DNA of 64,000 nt, taken from NCBI GenBank assembly GCA_036172245.1, contig JAYWIR010000002.1, forward strand, positions 4,774,001 to 4,838,000, given 5' to 3'. The stretch is from Raillietiella orientalis. Taxonomy: Eukaryota. A program made the translations under genes and the position numbers. Below, one piece after another: positions 53,929 through 64,000 of the stretch. The notes under the pieces were generated by a model. That model searched no databases. It worked only from the letters and a program-made list of their open reading frames with translations, and was not told where the DNA came from. The stretch's first letter is position 1. Every line of letters begins with the position of its first letter.

Positions 53929-56900
53929 AGCTTCAAAATTTTCTTTTGTTCACTTATATAAACATGGAATGGAAATATATTTCTTATTCAACCATCAAAG
54001 TTTTTGTGAACCCTTTCACAATAAAGTATTAGTTAACATAGTTGACTTTTGAGAAAACATATCTAAAAGTATGCTATTTGTAATTTTTTCCCCCTTGATA
54101 ATTTATCCTTTTTCCATAACACCTTTTCCAAAACTCCAAATATTCGTCTACCATTGCAAATATTAACTCCAAAACAGTCCTCATATTAGAGTTTACGTCA
54201 GTTATCTTCTCACAATGTTCATTTCACCACCACCGCATAGTAACCCAAAAAGTTTAGATCATGAGTACCAAATCTTAGATAACTGAGCAAATGGCTTGTT
54301 CACTTATAACAAGGTGAATTCAAATAAGCGTTGTGTCTAAGCAGTAAAAATTCCGATTTAGAGCATTAAATAAGTGTGATGTATGAGTTATTTATATTTA
54401 CTTCTAAAAATTTTTCTTATGAGTTTGGCAATTTGTTCAGAATGTAATACTGGTTTCTAAAACGAACACAATCAATGACAAAGTCTTGCTTTACAAAGCA
54501 AAGTTCGTGAATAGTATTGCATGCATATAATCAGTGGGAATAAAAGTCAATTAGCTACTTAATTTCTTGTTAAAATGTCCATTTTCTAAAATGAAGACTT
54601 AATTGCATGTTCTTCGAAGATCGAAACTACACTCCAAATTAATTTATTTTGAGTTCCTGTAATATCTTGTAAGACGACTGAGTGTGCAAGGGTAAATTAT
54701 TGCATGCTTATTTCTGCGTTTTAGTTTTGATTCAGAGGATGCGTATTATAAGAACTAAACTACAGAAGGCAAAAAAAAACACGTATTACAATGAAGTGAT
54801 CTAGAAAACAACCTTACATAATTAATAAATTTATATTTTGTAAACTAAACACAACATATTTGTTTGCATTGTATTTTCAAATCAGTCGGCAAGGGAGCAT
54901 TTGTGTCTGATTTTGTCTATATTCAACACATACACTTTGTGCGCCCTTGAGCCAAGTTATTTTGTGGTGAAGCTAGAGTTTGTAAAATGAAAGGTATGTG
55001 GTGTGCAATGTATTGCCGATTCCGAATTATGTTGCGTGAAAACAAAACCTCTGACGAGCTTGTGGTGTACACACTCATCAAAATATAAACACTGATCCTA
55101 CCAGTTCATAAAATATCATTTTACAGATGCATTTTCGAAACATTAAGAATTCACTCTCTTTGCATCATAAAAACTGGAGATACCTCACTCAAGAATCCAT
55201 AGGCTCTTAAGACGTTTGAGCTGTATGCATACACAATGCAAATTGCGCCGGAGTTGTACGGAGACAATAAGTTTTTGCAGCTACTTATGCTTCAGATATG
55301 CAATATTTTTTCCATCAGGGATAGTTAGGCATTGTAATATTCGAATGTGAGTTTCCGAACATGCCGTGCGAGAGAATGAAAGTGAAATGTGGACATAAAA
55401 GTCTGATGCGAAGTAATGCAGGTTGATTCTTCTTCTTCTAAAAGATATTGACTCCGAGATAGATATAAGACGTACATATGATATGCAGAAGTTCGATCTA
55501 TCATAATTTTAGAGAATGAGCTGGGCATACTGATGAAACTGATGCCTCAGAAAGGAAAACTATACCGTTTTTTGCTTTGGAAGATATTTTCAAATGGAAT
55601 TTCCTGGAGATTCATTGTTAGGGAGGTGGCTACTGGATGGTGCCCGCAGTTCCTTGATTCGATCTGAATGAACTTTTCTAGGGAATGATGTTACAGAGTT
55701 CTGATCAGACAGTCTTCCACACTTTCCTTCCATTTGGCACTCCCATTTCGTGCACATCCTTCATTAATTCTGTCTTGCACTTCCATATTTTTATTCCCAT
55801 CCCACATAATAAGTGTTTGGAGGATTTCTCAACAATTTATATCATCTGGCTATTCTGTCAAAGGTTTGCTGATAGGATACCCTATCGATAGTTTACCCTA
55901 TCCAGTAGCGCCGAATGAGTCCCTGGAGCACGTCCAAAGAGGATGGTGAAGTCCGCCACCATTCTCTTCATGTTTTCTGTATATGTACGAAGGATCTCAA
56001 TTTTCCTTGGAGTCTCATGTGTGGGTCCCAGACTTGCGAGGGTCCAACCACTAGGGCTCTTACTGAAGCACTCCTTAGTCGACTAAAGGGACAGACATCC
56101 TCGTGTATTTGCTTTTTTTTTTTTTTTTTGTTTCCTTTTCCCGTTGCTGCTGCTGACTTCTCATGTGACCGGCAACATCAAGCGCTGGAGCTCCAGCTTT
56201 GTACGAAGTCCTGATTCATCTTCCAGGATTAATTGGATTGAGGTCACATCGCAGTTCCATTTTCCAAAAGTTCCCAAAACCACATTTTCATGCCTCTTTA
56301 TGATGAAGTTGAATCCATGCAATGGTGAATCTAGAACCGCATCTAGCGCCTCCTGCAAATGCGATCCTCACCGCTACTTGCAGACACATGAAACATTATG
56401 GCATGAAACACTCTCCCGTGTTATACAACACATATGAGTGTCAAAGAAATGTTTCGTTCGGCAATCTCTTGTTTGGCCGTGCACTAATTTGATACATTTT
56501 TTTTTCCTAACGTGATTTGATAATGCGTGCTGCTAAATGAAACTTTACCCATGAGCTATGGCCGTCGAACATTAAAAAAGTCAATCTCTGATTGGAACAC
56601 ACACAAAAAAAAAAAACGAAACTGAAGATCAATGTCAGAAAACGTGATATTCAATGGTAGCCCATTTGTTAGTCATCCGATTTGAGACTGGAACAGTTAA
56701 GGGTCTTTCGGTAACCTCGGCATTGCAGCGCCGAAACAAAATGAGGCTCATTTATTCGTGTTGAAAGAAAGCACAGCTCTTTGGCATACTCTCCTCAGGC
56801 TGCTAAGGTCTGATCTCAAGTCCAGCTCCTAGTCTTATAGGAAAACTAGACTGTTTGAAGAAAAAAGACAAGAATTTTCTCGAAAAGATTCTTCTAGAAT

Positions 56901-59341
56901 CTGTAGAATTGTCTCGTTGGCCATATCGAGTCTCAGGCAGTTCAAGGAACACTCCTATTTGACTGCAGATTCGAATATACCATGTGATTTGAGGGCTTGA
57001 ACGAATAGACGTGTAGCCCTCATAAAATTCTCTGGTCATTTCCAAAACACCAAGTGTTATTTCATGGATTTTTGGAGGTGGAGGCTAGAGAGTTACAAAC
57101 ACCCCGCGAACGCTTCCTGGCTTCTTTCAGTCTTGCTTGTAGAATAGGATTCTATTCGGGGGCCTCAATAAAAAAGGCAGAAATAGCGGACAGAAAGTAT
57201 TTTTACTCTCGAAGACCCACTCGAGTAGTCTGCTGGATGGGTCTCTCAAATGTGGAGTTCTCCATGAACATCAGTCCCTAGATTGCAATTTCAATAAATG
57301 TCGGAGATTTTTTCGACAGCAGGATGAATGGGAAATGTATCCACCATCACAGTGGTATCTTCATTCATGCAGATGCAGATGTAAAAGGTGCAGGATAGTA
57401 GCTGTCTTGTGCTGAGCGACACTAGCATCCTCTATTTTAGATGGTGTGGGAGACAGAGCCGCTTCTCTCGATCGTGATGCCTTCCGAGAATGAAGCATTT
57501 CTATCAACAGTGTATTCGAATCTATGATTTCCATTCTATCCATAACCACTCTCTCGCTCTCACGCTCAGGTTCGCACAATGGGCGGTGATCTTTCCAATG
57601 ATCGCATACAGCGATTTTCCTGCAGAGTACGTTGTTGAGGTGGATTTAGGCAGCATCTCTCAAGAAATCAAGGCGTCCGGGAACAACGAAGGAAACCAGC
57701 ATCTATTAAGAGCGTAGAACAGGAAGTAGAGTGAAAACGCACTCGCCGAGTCAAGGATCATTATGACTTCTTAATTCTATGACATGACTCCGTGCACCTC
57801 CTTCACAGTGAACATATAACTCGCATAAGTAACGCAGTGGTCATATGGGACAATGAAAGAGAGAGCTACAATGCCCTGCAGAGAATTATGGACTGGTGAT
57901 ACTTGTTGAGGGAAATAAAGAACTGGAGTAAAAAGTCATGCAAAAATTGAGAAAATGGAAGGCAAATTAGGCAAAGACTGGAAGATCAAACCACAACGCA
58001 AAGAATAAACATCGTTATTGAGAGTTCTTTTTTTTTTTTTCTCTAAAAAAAACATTCAAATTCAGTTGCGCGATTGCAGCAAATGCGAAGCTTTTTTTCT
58101 TTCGCGTCCAACTTTGTAGCTGAAAGATGTTTTTGAAAGCAAGGACTTCCGGGGCGCAAGACAAGGGGTTGCCTTCATGTCCCCTTGCCGCCATCAGGTC
58201 CATGGGCGTCCAGGCGGTGAAGGCCGACGTGCTCCCCTCTCCGTTGTCAGCGAGGTGCTGGGCTTGCAGAGCCGGCTGCCCAAATGGGATGTGGCATCCT
58301 CACGACCTGAGTTGATCTTTCGTTTTACAGCTCAGGTCGATTACAGCTCAGCTCTTTTACACCGGCTGCCTTTCTCCCCAGGCGTTCTAGGAACCGACCC
58401 CATTCCCGAGCGATAGAGTCCCGATCGAAATGAAATTGTTAATTACGAAGGCTCATAGTATTTTTTTTTCTTTTTTGCAAAGATAAAAGAGAAACTTCTG
58501 TTGGATGGATATTTGCATTCCTGTAGCTGCTATTTCTTGGAACTTCATGATCAGCTGTTTTAGGGAAACGATTATGGTCTATGTGCTGCGCGTCAAGGAC
58601 ATCGCAAGGAAGTAGGGCTGAGGAAAATAACGGTGGACGGTGTTTCATCTGTTGGTTCCTCCATTTCGCGATTGGGGACGAATTCAGAAGAGGACCAATA
58701 GATGTCATTCCAGATTACCATCATTCTCCAGATGAACCCAGAAGTATACAACCAGCTGGAGTCAAATCCAGACTCCAGAAAGGAAAAAGAGAGATTCTTC
58801 AAGGTAGAAAGTTTTACTGAAAGTAACGGCCAGTATGGGATGGACACCAACTAACAATTTCAACTCCGACAGAGATTCGGTGGAGGCTGCAGTATGCTTT
58901 CCCGAACAAAAAGCTTGGGACAGTATTTGACTTCGATGATGCCGAGTGCAAACAACGAAGGGCGAGGGCGACAAGATTTGATCGGTAGAGCGTGACGGAC
59001 GCGAAAGATGTGCTCAACGTGCTGCCAGACTCCTGGCAAGCTGCTCCAGAAGTGCAACCTGAGTTACCTGACCTCAAACTGCTACGTGATCGCTGAAAGT
59101 GAAAGACGAAATCAAACATGACAAATGGAGCAGAGGACAAGTGCTCTTTGCAAATATCGTTGTTCAACGGAACATGTGGACAACTCTCAGGGACAAACAA
59201 TGCGTAGACCATCGTGCAAGACTGCTGTGCAGTCATTGCCTTTGAAGGGTAATCTGCAAGAGATCGAGTAGATACTGCAGGATACAACGATATCTATTGT
59301 GAGGAAATGTGGAAAATACGGTCTTTTGTTTCTTTTTACTT

Positions 59342-60190
59342 TAGGATCCCCCTGGAAGGCGTATGGGGGTTTGGGGGGACCCCACCAAAGAGAAGATTGC
59401 GACCCCGACTCATGGACGTTTGCGCTGGGGCGTGCTACTGGGTATTTCGGAGGAAGACCTGCAGTGCCCCTCGGTGCTCATGAACACCTTCACCCTCCCT
59501 TTAAAATGGCAGAAGTCAGCATTGATGCTGCTGCATTGGGGCCTCCCGTGCAACGCCCGCCGGCATCTGTGGACAAGGGTGCGTGTGAACCCAAACTGTG
59601 CAAGGTATGGGGAGCAGGTGTCCTTCCCGAACCTCCTGGTAGACGGTGTTTCCCTCCGGCCCCTTTGGGGACGCTTGGCCACGACCCTTGGAACCACCGG
59701 CGGCAACGCCAGAGACGTAGTAAAGCACCTCTTCCTGCGCGACGTCCTCTCGCCGGTCGCATCTCTAGCAGCCTACGCGGGATCGTGGACTCATGGAACA
59801 ACGCCAGAGGAGTCCAGGACGACAGAGACGCCATCTATTTTGCTGTCCTCTTCATGAGAACAGCGTCAAGATGGCGCCATCCGGAAGTCTTGAAACAAGA
59901 ACTTGCCGGCATCCTTACAAGGATGCAGAGGACATCCTCTAACACACAGTGACCCCTTTTGGAGCCTCCTCCCCCACCATTTTTCTGACTGTATGCTTTT
60001 TGCTTTATTTTTTTCCCTTTTTTTTGTTTGTCTCCCCTTTCCCTGTGCTGCCAAAAAGAACCCGCTGGCCTGCGTGCCAGTTCCCGGCAGGTTCCTTCTC
60101 GTAATTACAAGTAACGTGGCAGGATCAAACGTCCTGCTACAGACATGTATGTTTATTTTATAAATAAACGCCCCAGCGTGACCGGGTGTC
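59342..60190 (+). mobile_element. 5'-truncated L1/Tx1-like LINE: ORF2 C-terminal zf-RVT remnant plus 3' UTR
   Basis: ORF 59363-59857 contains LMLLHWGLPCNARRHLW..NPNCARYGEQVSFPNLLVDGVSLRPLW, a degenerate version of the LHxxLP..CxxC..HL..C...W zinc-binding tail. It is followed by a T-rich UTR, hairpins and AATAAA at ~60163. Confidence 0.65.
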
Positions 60191-62399
60191 GACCAAAGAG
60201 AAGATGATGTTCTGGACTTTGATGCGAAAAGGTAAACGGTGCAACCCCCTGGATGCAGCTATGGGGCAGCTGCCAACGGGCTGCTTGTCTTCTGCAGTTT
60301 GGCTTGGCAAGTTCTGTCCGTCGCACCAAATTAGGGATCCTTCTTCACGCGCACGCGCACAAAGTGATGATGATAGGCAAAAAAAAAAAAAAAAAATGCA
60401 TCTTCAAGGGACGCCATTATGGAAATACAGCAATAACAGTAGTGGAGATGACGGAAAAAGGAAACAAGGACCCTTTCAACAAGAAGTAATGGGTATTCGG
60501 GAAGCATTTCCTATTGCCTCATTGCTGCGTCTCATCGCAGCGTTCATCATACTGAAGAAGGAAGTGGGAGCAACGGCAGCGGGGAGTCGTAGCAGTTGTG
60601 CGCGAGGAGACCTTCAGTTTCTTCCAAACCCAAAGTGTTGTTTGTTATTTCCCTTCCTACGCGGGCGACAGGCTCACCCGGCTGCCTAATGGTTCCAACG
60701 TGCGCAAGCGAACAACGCTCGCGCGTGCGTGAATTTGGGGATCCGGGTTTCGTTTCCTTTTTTGTACGATAACTACATATTTTGCAGCATACGACTGGTA
60801 TGTCTCGTGCTTCGTGTGTACACGTGCGTGCCTATCGAACGTAGGCAGCACCACGGCAACCATTCCCGCGTTTTTATGAAAGGAAAAACGAAAGCAAAAC
60901 ACCATCCTCAGATGAAGAATCCGCAACACGTGTGAAGTCCCATTTGCTACCGAGAGAGATGCTTGCGTGCATGCATCTCGTCAGGAGATCCGTGTAGGGG
61001 ATCTCCGAATAACCTACATCACCGGACGGCTATCGGAAGCATTTACGGTGCCTGGATTGGCTATCGTCTTGGAAGATGGGCACCTGAATTCCCGCAACGG
61101 GATGCCTGTTTCCACGACGGAACGAGTTTCCTCAGAAGGAAGAGCGTTCGTTCACTCACGAAGAACCTTTCCTTCCCCCTCTCTCCCTTCCGGGAACCGC
61201 GAGGGCAGTGCCCCCAAAAAATCAGAGTTAATAGAAGGCGGACGTGACTGAATCGAATGAGAGACAGATCATTCAATTTGGAAGACCACACTTGGCCGAA
61301 ATCTCCTCAACCTGTTGCTGCATGCCAAGATTTGGAGATAACAGATAATCAAGGGGGGCTCCGGAATGACAAGGGAGGATACTTCGCTATCCCTTCTTTT
61401 CAAGAGAACCTAACCCTTTCTTCGTGTCGAATCAATGGAGGGCTTTTAAAAGCAATCGATAATCGCTAAATGAGATCCCACGATCCGTCTACCAGGAGAG
61501 CGAGAGAGCGAGAGAGAGGAAAAACAAGGACATCAGAAGCTCTTCGAGCATCCTCGAAATCAACCACTGAGTTACGAGCTCGCAAGACTTCCCTGAATTT
61601 TGCAACTAACCGACGGATTCCCAATGGGATGCAAGGCGAAACTCCAAGGAGGAATCGATCTGGATTCTCGAAAAACTCTCTGCGTTTGCTCGTGTGGCTG
61701 AAAGTCTTCCACTACATAGAGAGAATTCCGTCCGCTTGTAGGTGGTCGCAGACAGCTTGGTCCGATCCCGGACGGGACGGCTCGCTTGCGGAGGAGGAGC
61801 GAAGCTGGGAGGTACAGCGACAGATTCTTCCCCACTCTGCTGGTGGAGACGAATGAACCGCGTGCGTCTTCATGGTTTGCTGTTCCACCCGGTCACCACC
61901 ACCCCTCTCCCACCGATCAAACGGACGTGTCCACGTGCGCGGGTATGTCGCGCGTCGTATATGTCTTTGTGGCGTACGTTGATGGATGCGTGTGATCATG
62001 TATACCGTTCTCGAGGATTCCCGGCCTTGAGACCTGAGAGGCTCTGTACCACGAGGGAGCTTTTGCGGGTGTTTATTTTTGTGCTTGTGTTTTCTTGCTA
62101 GGTGATGCAGCCGATGGCGGGATGATCTTCGGCCATCTCCACTGCTTCCCGCGTCACTCCATTTCTCTCTCTCTAGGACAGAACGGGTGCTGGGGCACGT
62201 TGCTCCTCCTTTGGACGCGCGCTCCGTTCCGACTCCGGTCTGACCTTCGGTTCTTTCGAGACTTCGCCGTTTTCCGGAATCTCCTGGCGCCAGGGAACCT
62301 GCGAACATCGCCCTGAGGGATGCTGGTGCTCCCCCTTTTCAATTTCATGTTCTTTTCCTTTTTTTTTTTCTTTGCAGGCAGAGATAGAGGCAGTGCTCT

Positions 62400-62900
62400 G
62401 CTACAGATGAGACTGGATGAATAGAAAGGCTGAAAGGAGCATCATTTTTTTTGATTCCAGGAATTCTCCGGGTGTCACGGATCCAGTGACGCGGATCATC
62501 CCTTCTCTTGCACTCAGGGTCATCATCTTCCTCTCCTGTAAGGTCAGTCTCTCGTGAACCGAAGCAAATCAGACGGGTGGAACCAGGTCTGACAGCTGCC
62601 GCCATCGTCCTGCACTCAATTAGTCTCTCCCAGGGCATCAAGCATGCGTCTTTCTTCATCTACAAGATCCTCTGTGCTCCCTTCTTTGCCTGCGGGCAGT
62701 ACCGACCGACTCCTTCCTTGGTCTTTCGGCGCGACGGAGGGCCAGCGCTCTCCATCTGGCCGCCCCTCATCCTCTGCTTCGTCTTCCCAGATGCTCCGGT
62801 AGAAGATTCGTGGTTGCGTGGGGACTGCTACTTCCTGACTCTCCCCTGAAGCACTCATCACGGTCGTCGCATGTGTATCTGCTCTGGGGAGGGGGGGGGG
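62400..62900 (-). mobile_element. Probable L1/Tx1-like LINE fragment (endonuclease-RT linker)
   Basis: Minus-strand peptides ..SGESQEVA..IFYRSIWE..EERRMLDA..RPGS resemble the FYxxL..E...LD..PGxDG stretch before the RT core. Heavily degenerate. Confidence 0.4.
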
Positions 62901-63059
62901 GGAAGGTGCCGACTCGAGGTCACCAGCTCATACCTGTCTCCAATAACCCTCTCGATCCGGGGCTACCCTAGTAGTCCCAGCAGCGCTTTGATGCATATGG
63001 GGGATGAGGAAGAAACGAGAGGGATGCCGCCCAGTTCGCAGTTCGCTTTCTGCAGCCAG

Positions 63060-63380
63060 AGTCCAGATGGCCCCAGCTAGGACCTGTTCGGATGGAACCA
63101 CTTGGAAAGGCATGGCTGGCATCCTGGAAAGGATTCAGACCCCCTCCAGAGGATACTAATGCCCTCTCGACCCTCCAGAGTGTTCTTATTTATTTTTATT
63201 TATTCTTCTATTTTGTTTTTCTTTTTGTTTTCTCCCGTCCCCCTCCGCTGCCGAGGTCTGCGTACCGGCGACCAGGCAGGTCCATGGACAAACAAAGTGT
63301 GGTAGTACCACACGTCCACCACAATTTATGAGTTTATTTCAAATCTTAATAAACGCTCCGGCGTGTTCGGGTGGGAATCG
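63060..63380 (+). mobile_element. 3' end of a second copy of the LINE family at 59342-60190
   Basis: Same order of T-rich tract, gctgcc..ctgcgt.cc....ggcagg hairpin, gtgg..ccac hairpin and terminus aataaacgc(t/c)cc(g/a)gcgtg..cgggtg as at 59990-60188. Confidence 0.6.
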
Positions 63381-63577
63381 ATCCGGGCTACCAGGTCGCC
63401 AAGCCTTGCGGACACTGTTTTTCTTCCCGACAAGGAGATCGGAGATGCGTCCGAGGCTCCTCCGAGGCCACACGCTTTCCTCAGCATGTGTTCAGGGCCG
63501 CGTCCCTGGTAGACGTTGCTAACGCCAGCATCGAATCCGTAATGGGCAATCTTTGATTCGAACTCGCAACGCTTGGG

Positions 63578-64000
63578 TGCCCGCGCTAGCAGCCGTGTGG
63601 CTGTGGTCTCCGCGCGCGGCAACTGGAGTCGCGGGTTCGAATCCCTCCTGGGGAAGGAACGATGCCGAGAAATGGGGGTGCGTCGTCATGCGTTCGAGCC
63701 ATCCTCCCTGTAAGATGACGTTGGTTGGTCTTAAAGGCTTCTGGTGTGGCACTGGTGGAAGCCGGCTGTCCCCGATGACTGGCCGAGATTGGAAGTCGAC
63801 CCTCCGGGGTCCTTCCATGAATCAAGAAGATCTTGGTAGTTCCCCTCCCGTTGTAAAAATGGAGCCGTACCCCACCACCTTCCACTAGGGAGGACTGTTC
63901 TTCTCGTACCATGAATGGGTGGGTTGATGATGCCTCTCCAGAGTGCAAGAAGTGTGCCGCTCCCTTCGGGGAGCTCCCTCCAGAGAAAATGAGAAGCGTC
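63578..64000 (+). mobile_element. tRNA-headed SINE-like retroposon (copy 2), runs off the window end
   Basis: Head gcccgcgctagcagccgtgtggctg...gcgggttcgaatccc with a canonical B box GGTTCGAATCC at ~63634; colinear with 17092-17510. Confidence 0.65.

Noticed and set aside
56161..56358. Peptide KRHENVVLGTFGKWN, reminiscent of the Gypsy pol region before RT
   Set aside because: Match is too short; no RT, integrase or LTR seen nearby.
63370..63565. Minus-strand B-box-like motifs (ggatcgattccc, gagttcgaatc)
   Set aside because: Too degenerate to fold as tRNAs; recorded only as possible SINE-head debris.
63580..63655. Possible tRNA gene (GGTTCGAATCC)
   Set aside because: Acceptor and anticodon arms do not form a canonical cloverleaf and there is no oligo-T terminator; it continues into a repeated body, so it is treated as a SINE head.
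59299..63948. Numerous 100-200 aa ORFs in the GC-rich end as host genes
   Set aside because: Expected by chance at higher GC, overlapping on both strands, with no conserved host domains or splice structure.
63911..64000. MNGWVDDASPECKKCAAPFG resembles the start of a FYVE finger (WxxD..CxxC..F)
   Set aside because: No R(R/K)HHCR motif follows, the homologous copy at ~17430 is frameshifted, and it lies inside a repeat.

Overview
This is eukaryotic (metazoan, probably arthropod-like invertebrate) genomic DNA, not prokaryotic. Positions 1-~55 kb are AT-rich and carry eight conserved multi-exon housekeeping genes that I could splice by hand into intact reading frames: TNPO3 (-, runs off the left end), GATB (+), FBXW7 (+), DNAJA3/Tid1 (+), ALG11 (+), a compact SLX4 (+), RPL9 (-) and RAB33 (-). 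Between them lie a decayed hAT transposase, L1/Tx1-like LINE fragments and a tRNA-headed SINE-like element. From ~55.5 kb to the end the sequence is more GC/CpG-rich, has no gene I could recognise, and is partly degenerate retroelement pieces. The most notable observations are: (1) a near-perfect ~272-bp inverted duplication of the SLX4/RPL9 convergent 3' junction placed just upstream of RPL9, so RPL9 sits in the loop of an inverted repeat; (2) a tight class of 34-56-nt introns, many without a polypyrimidine tract; (3) a Tid1-L/S-like stop-containing cassette exon; (4) LINE 3' ends with conserved hairpins and a shared non-poly(A) terminus. I found no convincing wholly new biological system, and no CRISPR array, rRNA or intact tRNA.
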